Assembly (NCBI RefSeq): GCF_035656215.1
Contig: NZ_DASRSY010000318.1
Coordinates: 1-61,660 of the forward strand
DNA from: Paraburkholderia sp.
Lineage (GTDB): Bacteria; Pseudomonadota; Gammaproteobacteria; Burkholderiales; Burkholderiaceae
Length of the DNA: 61,660 nt
Reading direction: 5' to 3'
Positions 19,260 to 29,708 of this stretch are shown here, in pieces. Position numbers and translations under genes: made by a program. Positions within the stretch are counted from its first letter, which is position 1; every line of letters starts with the position of its first letter. The notes under the pieces were generated by a model. That model had not been told where the DNA came from, ran no database searches, and was given only the letters and a program-made list of their open reading frames with translations.

Positions 19260-19673
19260 ATGCGATTCATGATCATAGTGAAGGCGACTGCCGTCAGCGA
19301 AGCCGGCGGCCCGCCGGACGATGCGCTGATGGCTGCGATGGGCGCCTACCACGAAGAACTGGCCAAGGCCGGCGTGCTACTCGACGCAACCGGCTTGCAA
19401 CCGAGTTCGAAAGGCTGGCGCATCCATTACAGCGGTGGCAAGCGCACGGTGCTAGACGGTCCGTTCGCGGAAACCAGGGAACTGGTCGCCGGCTACACGG
19501 TGATTCAGGTTCGCTCCCGCGAAGAAGCCATGGAATGGGCGCGGCGGTTTCCGTCACCGTTCGGCGAGCAGGCCGAAGGCGAAATCGAAGTGCGGCAACT
19601 GTACGAACTCGAGGACTTCGAGCCGAGCCCGGAACTGGACCGTTTTCATAAACTGGACGCGGCCAAACATTGA
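19260..19673 (+). CDS. YciI/DGPF family protein
   Basis: GLQPSSKG and DGPFAETRELVAGY motifs; AAGGAG RBS. Confidence 0.9.
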   Translation: MRFMIIVKATAVSEAGGPPDDALMAAMGAYHEELAKAGVLLDATGLQPSSKGWRIHYSGGKRTVLDGPFAETRELVAGYTVIQVRSREEAMEWARRFPSPFGEQAEGEIEVRQLYELEDFEPSPELDRFHKLDAAKH

Positions 19674-19734
19674 TCCTGACGCCGATCTGATTGCCGAACG
19701 AGGCGTCGATCCGGCTACATCGAAAGGACTCGTC

Positions 19735-20262
19735 ATGCTCAAGACCATTCTGATTACCGTCGTCGCGGCGGTAGCGCTGCTGCTCATCTATGCGGCGACG
19801 CGACCCGACAACTTTCGCATTGAACGCAGCGTGCGCATCGAGGCGCCGCCTGAGCGGATCTACGCGTTGATCGACGACATGCATCAATTCAACCGCTGGA
19901 ATCCGTTCCTGCGCAAAGATCCCGCGACGCAAGGCACCTATAGCGGTACGTCAAGCGGCAAGGGCGCGCGTTATGCATGGCAAAGCGAAAAGATCGGCGT
20001 GGGGCAGATGGAGATCGTGGATACGACGGCGCCGTCGAGCGTGACGATGAACCTCGATTTCCTCAAGCCGTTCGAAGCGCATAACATCGCCGAATTCGAG
20101 TTGAAGCCCGAGGCGGGCGCGACGCAAGTTACGTGGGCGATGCATGGGCCGGCGCCGTTTCTGTCGAAGCTGATACAGGTGTTCGTCAGCATGGACAAGA
20201 TGGTCGGCAAGGATTTCGAAGACGGCCTGAGCAATCTGAAAACGCTTGCCGAGGCGAGCTGA
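19735..20262 (+). CDS. SRPBCC (polyketide cyclase-like) family protein
   Basis: N-terminal TM helix; ERSVRIEAPPERI, WNPF and VGKDFEDGLSNLK motifs. Confidence 0.85.
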   Translation: MLKTILITVVAAVALLLIYAATRPDNFRIERSVRIEAPPERIYALIDDMHQFNRWNPFLRKDPATQGTYSGTSSGKGARYAWQSEKIGVGQMEIVDTTAPSSVTMNLDFLKPFEAHNIAEFELKPEAGATQVTWAMHGPAPFLSKLIQVFVSMDKMVGKDFEDGLSNLKTLAEAS

Positions 20263-20346
20263 ACACGCTGCATCGCTGCCTGGGCGGCGCACTGCAACGC
20301 AATGCGCTGCCCCAGCAAGCACACAACTGGATCAATGGATTTCATC

Positions 20347-20754
20347 ATGCATAAGCAGATCTACGTCAACCTCGCCGTCGACAATCTCGGACGGTCGAAG
20401 GAATTCTTCAGCACGATCGGTTTCAGCTTCGAGCCGCAATTCACCAACGAGCAGGCCGCCTGTCTGGTCCTCGGCGAGAACCTCTTCGCGATGCTGCTGG
20501 TCAAGGACCTGTTCAAATCCTTCACGCGCAAGTCGCTTTGCAATCCGAAGGAAAGTACCGAGGCGCTGTTGGGCCTGTCGTGCGAGAGCCGGGGCGAGGT
20601 GGATGCGCTGGTCGCGAAGGCGCTCGCCGCCGGCGGCACGGTGCCGCGCGCGCCGCAGGATTACGGCTTCATGTATGGGCACGGCTTCGAAGATATCGAC
20701 GGACACATCTGGGAGTTGATCTACATGGACCCGAACGCCAAGGCAGCGGGCTAA
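20347..20754 (+). CDS. VOC/glyoxalase family protein
   Basis: IYVNLAVDNLGRSKEFF and FMYGHGFEDIDGHIWE motifs. Confidence 0.88.
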   Translation: MHKQIYVNLAVDNLGRSKEFFSTIGFSFEPQFTNEQAACLVLGENLFAMLLVKDLFKSFTRKSLCNPKESTEALLGLSCESRGEVDALVAKALAAGGTVPRAPQDYGFMYGHGFEDIDGHIWELIYMDPNAKAAG

Positions 20755-20758
20755 TCCA

Positions 20759-22036
20759 GTGACAACACCGGCCACCCATCGTGCCATCGAGGCAGTCTGG
20801 CGGATCGAATCCGCCAAGGTCATCGCCCACGTCGCACGGATTGTGCGCGACGTGGGGCTCGCCGAAGAGCTGGCGCAGGACGCGCTGGTGTCGGCGCTGG
20901 AACATTGGCCGGACGCGGGCGTACCCGACAATCCGGGAGCGTGGCTGATGGCGACCGCGAAGAACCGCGCCCTCGACCGCTTGCGGCAGGAAGCGCTCCA
21001 TGCCCGCAAGCGCGAGGAGCTGGGCCACGATCTCGACGCACAGGAGGCGCACCTCGTGCCGGATTTCGTCGATACCCTCGATGCCGCGCGTGCCGACGAT
21101 ATCGGCGACGACCTGCTGCGGCTGGTGTTCACGGCGTGCCATCCGGTGCTGTCCACCGACGCACGCGTCGCGCTGACGCTGCGCCTGCTCGGTGGCCTCA
21201 CCACGGACGAAATCGCGCGTGCGTTCCTCGTGCCCGAGCCGACGATCGCGCAGCGCATCGTGCGGGCCAAGCGCACGCTGTCGGCGGCCAAGGTGCCGTT
21301 CGAGGTGCCGCAAGCGGATGCGCGTGCGCCGCGGCTCGCGTCGGTGCTTCAGGTGATCTATCTGATTTTCAACGAAGGCTATTCGGCCACGGGCGGCGAC
21401 GACTGGATGCGTCCGGCCTTGTGCGAGGAAGCGCTGCGGCTTGGGCGTGTGCTGAGCGGGCTCGTGCCTGACGAAAGCGAAGTGCATGGCCTCGTCGCGT
21501 TGATGGAAATCCAGGCGTCGCGCACGTACGCGCGCACGGATGCCGAAGGCAGGCCGGTGCTGCTGCTCGATCAGGACCGCAGCCACTGGGACCCGTTGCT
21601 GATCCGCCGCGGGCTGGCCGCGCTCGGCACCTCGCATGCGTTGGGCGGCGCGAGCGGCCCGTATGCATTGCAGGCGGCGCTGGCCGCGTGTCATGCGCGC
21701 GCCCGTCGCGCTGAAGAGACTGACTGGGCGCAGATCGTCGCGTTGTACGACGCGCTGGCGCAGGTGGCGCCTTCACCGGTGGTCGAGCTGAACCGGGCGG
21801 TGGCGGTCGGCATGGCGTTCGGACCGGCTGCCGGTCTGGAAATCGTCGACGCGCTAGCAGCCGATGCCGCGCTCGCCAACTATCACTGGTTGCCGAGCGT
21901 GCGCGGCGATCTGCTGGAGAAACTCGGCCGCGTGGAAGAGGCGCGCGCCGAATTTGAACGCGCGGCCGCCATGACGCGCAACGCGCGCGAGCGTGAGCTA
22001 TTGCTCGAACGTGCTGCTCGCGGTATCGCGCATTGA
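20759..22036 (+). CDS. ECF sigma factor with C-terminal TPR extension (ECF42-type)
   Basis: AEELAQDA, PDNPGAWL, LRLVFTACHP, QRIVRAK, YLIFNEGY and PSPVVELNRAVA motifs; DGPF neighbours. Confidence 0.9.
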   Translation: MTTPATHRAIEAVWRIESAKVIAHVARIVRDVGLAEELAQDALVSALEHWPDAGVPDNPGAWLMATAKNRALDRLRQEALHARKREELGHDLDAQEAHLVPDFVDTLDAARADDIGDDLLRLVFTACHPVLSTDARVALTLRLLGGLTTDEIARAFLVPEPTIAQRIVRAKRTLSAAKVPFEVPQADARAPRLASVLQVIYLIFNEGYSATGGDDWMRPALCEEALRLGRVLSGLVPDESEVHGLVALMEIQASRTYARTDAEGRPVLLLDQDRSHWDPLLIRRGLAALGTSHALGGASGPYALQAALAACHARARRAEETDWAQIVALYDALAQVAPSPVVELNRAVAVGMAFGPAAGLEIVDALAADAALANYHWLPSVRGDLLEKLGRVEEARAEFERAAAMTRNARERELLLERAARGIAH

Positions 22037-22075
22037 GGGGCACTGCGCATCGCGTCTGAGCGGTTTAGCGCCGCC

Positions 22076-22765
22076 TCAGCCGGCGCGGGCCCGCAGCAGA
22101 TAAAACTCGCGTGCGCCGAATTCTTGCGGCGGATCGAGCAACGGCTCGACGTAACGCGTGATACCTACGTGGTCGAAGCCGGCGGCAATGCAGGCGGCTT
22201 CCAGTGCGGCGGCATTGTCGACGGTGAAGCCGTATTTGGCGAACGGCATCTCCGCGGCGGCCTCGGGTGTGACGGCCGCGATCACCAGCACGCCGCCCGC
22301 GCGCAACACGCGACGCGTCTCCTTCAGCGCGGCGATCAGGCCTGGCCAGAAATACGTCGTGTTGATCGCAATGGCTTTGTCGAATAGGCCGGCTGCGAAG
22401 GGCAAGGACATGACGTCGGCGGTTTCGAGCCACACGCGGCCATCGCGGACGAAGGCCGCGTTGCGGCGGCGCGCCTCGGCGATCATGGTCGGCGATAGAT
22501 CGATGCCGGTGTAGCGGAGCCCTGCCGCCTGATCCAATACCGATGCGATATGGCCGCCGTTGCCCAAACCAATTTCAAGAATCCGCTCGTTCGCGTGCAG
22601 GTCGAGCAAATCGAAAGACGCGTCGATGATAGCCAGGTTGGTGCGCTCGAGCATGTCGCCGACTGCCACGCCGATCTCGCCTGACGGGCAGCCGAGTTGC
22701 GGAAGCAGAACACTTTCGTCGAGATTGGCGACGAAGTCACCTGCAGCATCCGGGGATGCATTCAT
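22076..22765 (-). CDS. Class I SAM-dependent methyltransferase
   Basis: LEIGLGNG, GIDLS, FDKAIAINTTYFW and RVLRAGG motifs. Confidence 0.88.
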   Translation of the reverse strand: MNASPDAAGDFVANLDESVLLPQLGCPSGEIGVAVGDMLERTNLAIIDASFDLLDLHANERILEIGLGNGGHIASVLDQAAGLRYTGIDLSPTMIAEARRRNAAFVRDGRVWLETADVMSLPFAAGLFDKAIAINTTYFWPGLIAALKETRRVLRAGGVLVIAAVTPEAAAEMPFAKYGFTVDNAAALEAACIAAGFDHVGITRYVEPLLDPPQEFGAREFYLLRARAG

Positions 22766-22987
22766 GTTGAGTCCTCCATGACAGGTTGCGCCAGATGCAA
22801 CGGCGCGGATGCGCGACGTGAGGTCGCGACATCCTTAATTAATGTCATGAAAGTTGGACTGCTGAGCATCCAATCCGCGCGTCTTTGACCTATCGCAAAG
22901 TGACGTGTGTAGGGTTTTAGGATCGAAGTAGAGCTTGTGAGCGGCAAGAGACTTGCGGGCTCAGCTGACGCACACCCAGCGCGACGA

Positions 22988-23566
22988 TCAAGTCGAAAAG
23001 AACGCCACAGCCGCAGTAACCACGCCCGCGGCCGCAATACCGAACGAGAGATTGCGCAGCCATTTCTTGCGGGTCAGCAACGTGATCGCGGACAGGGCGA
23101 TCGCGACCTGAATCAAAGTCGTGGCCTGTGCCCAGCGATGATGGCCGTGCAGCAGCGCTTCACTTTTAGCGTCGTTGTCCACGACGTCCTTTTCGATCGC
23201 TTCAGCCTTCGCGCGGATCGGCTCTTTCTGCTGCTTGTATTTGTCGACGTCGGCGAGGAACTTCGCGTGTGCATCGGCATTGCCGAGCGACAGCGCCGCG
23301 CCGAGTTCCGCCAGATTTTCCTTCTCACCCTTGGCCTGGTAGTAGTTCCATTGATTCGATGCTTCGGTCTTCTTGATGGCGGCTTCGTTCTTGTAGTACA
23401 GCGCCAGATTTTCGCTGTTGCCGCTCTGGTAGGCGCACAGTGCGCCGATCGTCGCGAGGATCGCCGTCATCACGGCCATGCGGCTCGCAAAGGGATCGGC
23501 GTCGTGGTGGCCGGCGTGTTCAACTGCATGGTCGTGCGGACCATGCACTTCATATTCTTCAGACAT
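22988..23566 (-). CDS. DUF4337-like membrane protein
   Basis: His-rich N-terminus, TM helices and ASNQWNYYQAK motif; GGAG RBS before 23566. Confidence 0.8.
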   Translation of the reverse strand: MSEEYEVHGPHDHAVEHAGHHDADPFASRMAVMTAILATIGALCAYQSGNSENLALYYKNEAAIKKTEASNQWNYYQAKGEKENLAELGAALSLGNADAHAKFLADVDKYKQQKEPIRAKAEAIEKDVVDNDAKSEALLHGHHRWAQATTLIQVAIALSAITLLTRKKWLRNLSFGIAAAGVVTAAVAFFST

Positions 23567-23814
23567 CTGATTCTCCGAGCGAAGCTTTTCGTGTGATCTT
23601 TCGGGCGGCACGCATGATGACGACACATGCGCGGGCAGCGTCGCTTACGCGGCGCGCCGGCCCAGCGGGCTCAATCTTAGCGTGAGGTGCCCGGTGATGG
23701 AAAAGGTATCGCGCGAGGAGACGTCAATGAAAGACGTCAATGAATGCCGGCGACGCCGGTTCAGGTGCGCGCAACTGCGCTCAGGGCGTTTAGGGGCACA
23801 GCGCCCCGGTCCGC

Positions 23815-24759
23815 TTACGTGCGATGCCCCATCACCAGCAGCAGTAACGACAGGGTCGCGACCGAGCCCACCGTCGACAGCAAAATCGTGCGTGACGTGA
23901 TGTGCGCTTCACGCTCGTAGAACTCGGCAAGCATGAACGGGCCGGTGCCAGTGGGCAGTGCGGCCAGGACAACGGCCATCTCGACCAGCGCGGGCGAGAG
24001 CCCGAACACGCGCGCCGCGAGCCACCAGGTCAGCGCCGGTTGGACCAGTAGCTTGACGCCGGTCAGCAGCAACGAGATGCCGCGCGCGCCGGTTTCGGAT
24101 GGACGCTTTTCCGCAAGGAACAAGCCGAGGCTCACCAGTGCGCAGGGACTGGCGGCGCCGCTCAACAACTTCAGAAAGGTCTCCGCACTTTGCGGCAACG
24201 CGACGTGGAAGCTCGCGAACAACACACCTGCAATCGGCGACACGATCAGCGGATTGCGCGCCAGCGAGCCCAGCACTTTCAACCCCAGCTTGTGCGGCGT
24301 GCGTTCGGTCTGCAAGCCGACTTCGATCAGCACGATGGCAAGCGCAAAAAGCACGCACGCGACGAGGATCGTGGCGATCGTCGTCGGCGTCAGACTAGCT
24401 GAGCCAAACGCGATCACGCCGAGCGGAAAACCGATGTAGCCGGTGTTCGGATACGAGGCCGCAATTGCGTCGACGCTCGCGTCGGCCAGATGCCGGCCGC
24501 TCATCATGCGCATGATGAGAATCGGCAGAAATACGCCGATGCACCCGATCGAGAACGCCGCGACGAAGGCCGGCTGATAGAGCTGTTGCCATGTGGCGTG
24601 CGCCATCGTGTCGAACAGCAGCGCTGGCAGCGCCAGCCAGACCACGAAGCGGTTTAGCTCGGACGCGCTGTTCGGTCCGAGCACGCCGCGCCGGCGGCAT
24701 GCAAAGCCCGCGAAAATCAGGCCGAACACGGGAAGCAGAATTTCAAGAGTGGCTAACAT
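23815..24759 (-). CDS. AEC (auxin efflux carrier) family transporter
   Basis: LNRFVVWLALPALLF, NTGYIGFP, NPLI and ALPTG motifs; multiple TM helices. Confidence 0.88.
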   Translation of the reverse strand: MLATLEILLPVFGLIFAGFACRRRGVLGPNSASELNRFVVWLALPALLFDTMAHATWQQLYQPAFVAAFSIGCIGVFLPILIMRMMSGRHLADASVDAIAASYPNTGYIGFPLGVIAFGSASLTPTTIATILVACVLFALAIVLIEVGLQTERTPHKLGLKVLGSLARNPLIVSPIAGVLFASFHVALPQSAETFLKLLSGAASPCALVSLGLFLAEKRPSETGARGISLLLTGVKLLVQPALTWWLAARVFGLSPALVEMAVVLAALPTGTGPFMLAEFYEREAHITSRTILLSTVGSVATLSLLLLVMGHRT

Positions 24760-24884
24760 CGGTACAAAAAGGCGTGGGCGGACAGAGCGATGCGCCAGCG
24801 TAGTGGCTTGCGTTGATACAATCCAATACTGTTTTTCGCCTCCAACAATACCTTTTTTGCATCGTTATTCAGACTGAGGGCGTC

Positions 24885-25751
24885 GTGATCGACATCAAGC
24901 CGCTACGCTACTTCGTGACACTCGCCGAGATGCGCCATTTTGGCCGGGCGGCGGCACGCCTGAATCTGTCGCAACCGCCGTTGAGCCGGCAACTGGCGGC
25001 ACTGGAGGCGAGCCTGGGTGTGACGCTGCTCGAACGCAGTCCGCGCAGTGTCACGCTGACCGCGGCAGGCGAGCGTTTTTACGTCGATGCGAAGGCGATC
25101 CTTGCGTCGGTGGAGCAGGCGGTCAGTAACGCGCAAGCCGCGGCGCACGGCGATGCCGGCAAACTCACTATCGGCTTCACGATGTGCGCCGCGTACAACG
25201 TTGTGCCAGGCTATGCGCGCGTTTTCGGCGTCGCGTTTCCCGAGGTCGCATTGAATCTGCGCGAGGTCGTCTCGAACGATCTGGCCGCGCAGGTGCTGGC
25301 CGGCCAGATCGACGCGGCGATCATGTTTCCGAACGTGCCCGACAAGCGCATCGCGACGCGGACGATCCTCCGCGAACCGCTGTGCGTTGCGTTGTCGCGC
25401 AGCCATCCGCGAGCACGCGCGCGGCGGTTGAAGATCGCGCAACTGGCGGGCGAGCCGTTCGTGCTGGCTTCCGAGGAAGTCGCCCCCACTTTGCGCGCGA
25501 CTATCCTCGAGCATTGCCGCTCGGGCGGCTTCGAACCGGATATCCGCTTTGAAGTGCAGTTGCAGCAGACCGTGCTCAGTCTCGTCGATGAAGGCGTGGG
25601 GGTGGCGCTGGTGCCGGCCTCGATGCGCAAGGCGCAACTTGCGGGTGTGGTGTTCCGGCCGCTGGTCGACGCGCCGCTGATCGAGCAGGTGCTGGCGTGG
25701 TCGCCGACGAATCGCAATCCGTGTCTGGCGCGGTTTCTTGAGCTGGCGTGA
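24885..25751 (+). CDS. LysR family regulator (divergent from the AEC transporter)
   Basis: LRYFVTLAEMRHFGRAAARLNLSQPPLSRQ HTH. Confidence 0.92.
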   Translation: MIDIKPLRYFVTLAEMRHFGRAAARLNLSQPPLSRQLAALEASLGVTLLERSPRSVTLTAAGERFYVDAKAILASVEQAVSNAQAAAHGDAGKLTIGFTMCAAYNVVPGYARVFGVAFPEVALNLREVVSNDLAAQVLAGQIDAAIMFPNVPDKRIATRTILREPLCVALSRSHPRARARRLKIAQLAGEPFVLASEEVAPTLRATILEHCRSGGFEPDIRFEVQLQQTVLSLVDEGVGVALVPASMRKAQLAGVVFRPLVDAPLIEQVLAWSPTNRNPCLARFLELA

Positions 25752-25909
25752 GGGGCTGAGGCTTTGATTGACGGGGCAGCGCGAGCACTCCCGGGATTTT
25801 GGTGGCGAACCTGGCGCGCAAAAAATCTGCGATCATCCCAGGCACTCTTCACTGCCTCTCTTTAACGCCTCTCAACCCCAAAGCGTTCGCGCCAACCATC
25901 AGCCCGCCT

Positions 25910-26446
25910 ATGCCCACCCGCCCCACGCTCCTCACCACCGACCGCCTGATCATGCGGCCGCATACGCGCGACGATTTCCTCGAGAGCTATGCGATGTGGT
26001 CCGATCCCGAGGTGATCCACTACATCGGCGGCAAGCCGTTCACGCGCGAAGAAGTCTGGGCGCGCCTGCTGCGCTACGCCGGACATTGGGCGATGCTGGG
26101 ATACGGCTACTGGGTGGTACGGGAAAAGGACAGCGGCCGCTTCCTCGGCGAAGTCGGCTTTGCCGACTACCACCGCGAGATCGAACCTTCGTTGATGGAT
26201 ACGCCTGAAATCGGCTGGGCACTCGACCCCGCCGTGCACAACCGCGGCTACGCGACCGAAGCGGTGCGCGCCGCACTCGCTTGGGCCGATGCGCATTGGC
26301 CGGACGGTGACACCGCCTGCATCATCGCGCCGGAAAACCAGCCGTCGCTGAATGTCGCGCATAAGTGCGGTTACCGCGAACAGCTTCGCACGACATACAA
26401 AGGCAAACCGACTATTGTGCTGCGGCGAGCAGCAAGCATCGCCTGA
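25910..26446 (+). CDS. GNAT acetyltransferase (RimJ/RimL type)
   Basis: TDRLIMRP, EIGW, RGYATEA and ENQPSL motifs. Confidence 0.88.
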   Translation: MPTRPTLLTTDRLIMRPHTRDDFLESYAMWSDPEVIHYIGGKPFTREEVWARLLRYAGHWAMLGYGYWVVREKDSGRFLGEVGFADYHREIEPSLMDTPEIGWALDPAVHNRGYATEAVRAALAWADAHWPDGDTACIIAPENQPSLNVAHKCGYREQLRTTYKGKPTIVLRRAASIA

Positions 26447-26581
26447 TTCGTCGCGAGGCACGTCAGCTGAAGTCGCGTTAGTCTCCACAGTCTCGTCAGC
26501 ACGCAAAACCTCGGAATTGTCGGGCCAGTTGCAAGCCGGCCCTCTAGCCGGCCTGCAACCGGCCCGCGAACACCGGCTACC

Positions 26582-27322
26582 TTATTGACCGCCTTCGCTC
26601 GCCGCAGCCCGCTGCTGTGCGATCAGATCGACCAGCCGCTCAACCTGCTTGCCCTGCGCATCGAAGTTGCCGGCATCGAGCCAGCGCACATAGCTCGGAC
26701 GCAGCGCGGGCCATTCGCTCTCGATAATCGAAAACCATGCGGTATCGCGATTGCGTTCGTGATACACGATCGCCTGCCGGAAGATCCCTTCGAAGGTAAA
26801 GCCATAGCGCAACGCCGCCGTGCGCGACGGTCCGTTCAGCGAATCGCATTTCCATTCGAAGCGACGATAGCCGAGGTCGTAGAACACGTGGTTCATCAGC
26901 AGGAACATCGCCTCGGTAGCGATGCGCGTGCGTTTCAGGCGCGGCGAATAGGTGACGTGTCCGACTTCGATCACGCCGTTCGCGCGGTCGATGCGCATCA
27001 GCGCGAGCGTGCCGACTGCCTTGCCGGTCGCCAGATCGATCACTGTGTGATGCAGCGGATCAGGCGATGCGGCCATGCGCGTCAGATGCTCGCGATATGC
27101 GGCGAGGCTCTCGAACGGCCCGACATTCAGGTAGGTCCAGTCGCGGCCGTCAGGCGCGGAGCTGTAGGCCTCGTACAGGTCGGCCGCATGGCGTTCGACG
27201 TCCACCGGTTCGATCCGGCAATAGCTGCCCACCAGCGGCTCGCGGCCGGGCGCCCGGGCGCCTTTCCAGCCCGGGACGGGCGCGCCGATCGGCTGCTCGA
27301 ATGCGTTGCGTCTGGGTTCCAT
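26582..27322 (-). CDS. GNAT acetyltransferase (RimJ/RimL type)
   Basis: IEVGHV, ATEA, LGYRRFEWKCDSLN, FEGIFRQ and RNRDTAWFSI motifs. Confidence 0.88.
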   Translation of the reverse strand: MEPRRNAFEQPIGAPVPGWKGARAPGREPLVGSYCRIEPVDVERHAADLYEAYSSAPDGRDWTYLNVGPFESLAAYREHLTRMAASPDPLHHTVIDLATGKAVGTLALMRIDRANGVIEVGHVTYSPRLKRTRIATEAMFLLMNHVFYDLGYRRFEWKCDSLNGPSRTAALRYGFTFEGIFRQAIVYHERNRDTAWFSIIESEWPALRPSYVRWLDAGNFDAQGKQVERLVDLIAQQRAAASEGGQ

Positions 27323-27430
27323 GCCTGCTCTCCTGTTAGTCGTAGATGATCGTCGCTTATGGAGAACAATACGGCAAACGTGGTATGTTAAAAAGATCCA
27401 CGGGAATAGTATTTGATAGGTCCAGCCGAG

Positions 27431-28954
27431 ATGATCGAGATCATTGGCCCGCTTACCCACCCGGCCGCCGCAACCGCCGCCGGCAATGGCGAAAAGTCCG
27501 CGCCGCTGCAAAAACAACTGATCGAGCGTTTGCAGCAGGCGATTCTCGCGGGGCGTTTGCCAGCGGGGTCGCTGCTGCCTTCGTCGCGCTTGCTGGCGGC
27601 GGAGATGGGCGTGTCACGCAACACGGTAGTGATCGCTTACGAGCATCTGGCCGCGGTCGGCTATGTGGTGGCCGACAAACAGGGCACGCGTGTGAGCCCG
27701 CTCTCCAGTCCCGCCGCACGGGGCGAACCGCAGACGCCGTCGGCCGCGCGGGAGGTCGCCTACGCGGCACGCGTCGAACAATTCGCGGCGACGCGCACCC
27801 ACGCCGACAACACCTTGCCGCTGACACCGGGCACGCCCGCGCTGGACCGCTTTCCGCTGGCGGCCTGGCGGCGCGCGCTAGAACGTTCGATGGAGCGCGC
27901 GTTGCCCCTCGCGCTTGGCTACGGTTCACCGGCAGGTGAACCGGCGCTGCGCGACGCGATTGCCGCGCATCTGCGGATGGCGCGCGGCGTACGCTGCGAG
28001 GGTTCGCAGGTGGTGATCACCGAAGGCGCGCAGGAAGCGTTGAACCTGTGCGTCCGGCTGTTCACCAATCCGGGCGACATCGCGTGGATTGAAGATCCGG
28101 GCTATCGCGGCGCGAAGGCCGCGTTCAATCTCGGCGATCTGACCATAGTGCCGATGCCGGTCGATCCCGAGGGCATCGCCGTACCGCCCGGCGCGTGGCA
28201 GACACATACGCCGAAGCTGATCTATACCTCCCCCGCGCATCAGTATCCGACCGGTTCGGTGTTGTCGGTGGCGCGCCGCCTGGAGCTGATCGCGCAGGCG
28301 CGCCGCTGCGGCGCGTGGCTGATCGAAGACGACTACGACGGTGAATTCCGTCATACCGGCGAGCCGATTGCCAGCATGCAGGGGCTGGTCGAGGATGCGC
28401 CGGTGTTGTACGTCGGCTCATTCAGCAAAACGATGTTTCCGGCGTTGCGCATCGGTTTCGTAGTGCTGCCGCGTGCAATCGCCGCGCACACGGCTGTTGC
28501 CTTGCAGGAAATGCTGCGCGGCGGGCATCGGCTGGAGCAGTTGGCGCTGGCGCATTTCATCGACAGCGGCGAATTCGGGCGGCATCTGGGCCGCATGCGG
28601 CGTTTGTATCGCGAGCGCCAGCAGGCGTTGCGCGATGGGCTCACCGCGCATTTCGCGCCGTCGCAGATTCTGGGCGGCAATTGCGGCCTGCATCTGACGC
28701 TTCGCCTGCCGCCGCACATTTCCGATCGGACCCTCGCCGAACGCGCGCTCACCAGGCGGCTGAACCCGCGTGCGCTATCGGGTTTTGCGTTGCAGCAGCG
28801 TGAAGAAGCGAACGGCTTGGTGATCGGCTACGGCAGCACGCCAGCCGAACAACTGACGCTCGCTGTTGGCGTATTGGCCGAACTGGTGCGCGAGATAGCG
28901 TGCGAGTCGGGCAGCGGGTCGGTAAGCCTGGCGACCGCCAGACACGCCGTGTAA
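27431..28954 (+). CDS. MocR/GabR-type GntR regulator with PLP aminotransferase domain
   Basis: LPSSRLLAAEMGVSRNTV wHTH; IEDDYDGEF and SFSKTMFPALRIG motifs. Confidence 0.92.
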   Translation: MIEIIGPLTHPAAATAAGNGEKSAPLQKQLIERLQQAILAGRLPAGSLLPSSRLLAAEMGVSRNTVVIAYEHLAAVGYVVADKQGTRVSPLSSPAARGEPQTPSAAREVAYAARVEQFAATRTHADNTLPLTPGTPALDRFPLAAWRRALERSMERALPLALGYGSPAGEPALRDAIAAHLRMARGVRCEGSQVVITEGAQEALNLCVRLFTNPGDIAWIEDPGYRGAKAAFNLGDLTIVPMPVDPEGIAVPPGAWQTHTPKLIYTSPAHQYPTGSVLSVARRLELIAQARRCGAWLIEDDYDGEFRHTGEPIASMQGLVEDAPVLYVGSFSKTMFPALRIGFVVLPRAIAAHTAVALQEMLRGGHRLEQLALAHFIDSGEFGRHLGRMRRLYRERQQALRDGLTAHFAPSQILGGNCGLHLTLRLPPHISDRTLAERALTRRLNPRALSGFALQQREEANGLVIGYGSTPAEQLTLAVGVLAELVREIACESGSGSVSLATARHAV

Positions 28955-29178
28955 GTTTTTACGTTTGTCCGCGTGACCCATGTCGCGCTATCGTGTCGTT
29001 TATGCGCGGCGATTTGGAAGTACGCAACGTCGACGAATTGCCCGCAGGTCATGCCCAGCGCGCGGCCGTGCAACATCGCGTGAGATGCGGCGGCCGCCTG
29101 CCGCGCCGCTACCGGGCTCGGGCATGAAGAATGCCTTTGTTGTGGTTACCAATGACGATCTATCCGACCGGAGACGAC

Positions 29179-29511
29179 ATGAAGGAAATCGAACCGACTG
29201 CGTGGTTTGAGCTTGCCGCGCACACGCCCGCCCGTGAAGGCTGGTACGAGGTGCAGTTGACGAGCGGGGACACGGCATTTGCGAAGTACGGCGACGGGAT
29301 ATGGACCGAGAAACCGTTGCTAGTCTTCACACACTGGCGTGGCCTGTCCGCCGACCCAGCGAAAGCTGCCGAAGGCGAGACCGAATCGATCGCCGCGGAG
29401 GCCACCGCGGCTCAGGGCGTGCGCGCCGCATGGAACGCATTTTTCCCAGGACTCGGCGAGGAACAGCATAAACCGCTGGACGCCATACCGAACGGTAAAG
29501 CCCCGCATTGA
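29179..29511 (+). CDS. Hypothetical protein
   Basis: GGAG RBS; 110 aa with P.REGWYEV...HWRGL pattern. Confidence 0.6.
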   Translation: MKEIEPTAWFELAAHTPAREGWYEVQLTSGDTAFAKYGDGIWTEKPLLVFTHWRGLSADPAKAAEGETESIAAEATAAQGVRAAWNAFFPGLGEEQHKPLDAIPNGKAPH

Positions 29512-29708
29512 CTGACGGAATGCATGGCGGTGGCTTACCGGCTGCCGCCTGATGGGCTCTGCATGCACCGGCAAGGATCGAGAAGGGATCGAGGCGAAGG
29601 CAAGGAAAAAAGCGGCTGTATTCGACTGCGGTTTAGCGGCTGCGTCCGGCCAGGATCGTTTCGTCTTCAGTTCCCCGTAGCCAATTTCCCGCGGTCACTT
29701 TCCCGCAA

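Noticed and set aside
23719-23744. 13-bp tandem duplication AGACGTCAATGAA
   Set aside because: An isolated intergenic slippage event with no evidence of function.
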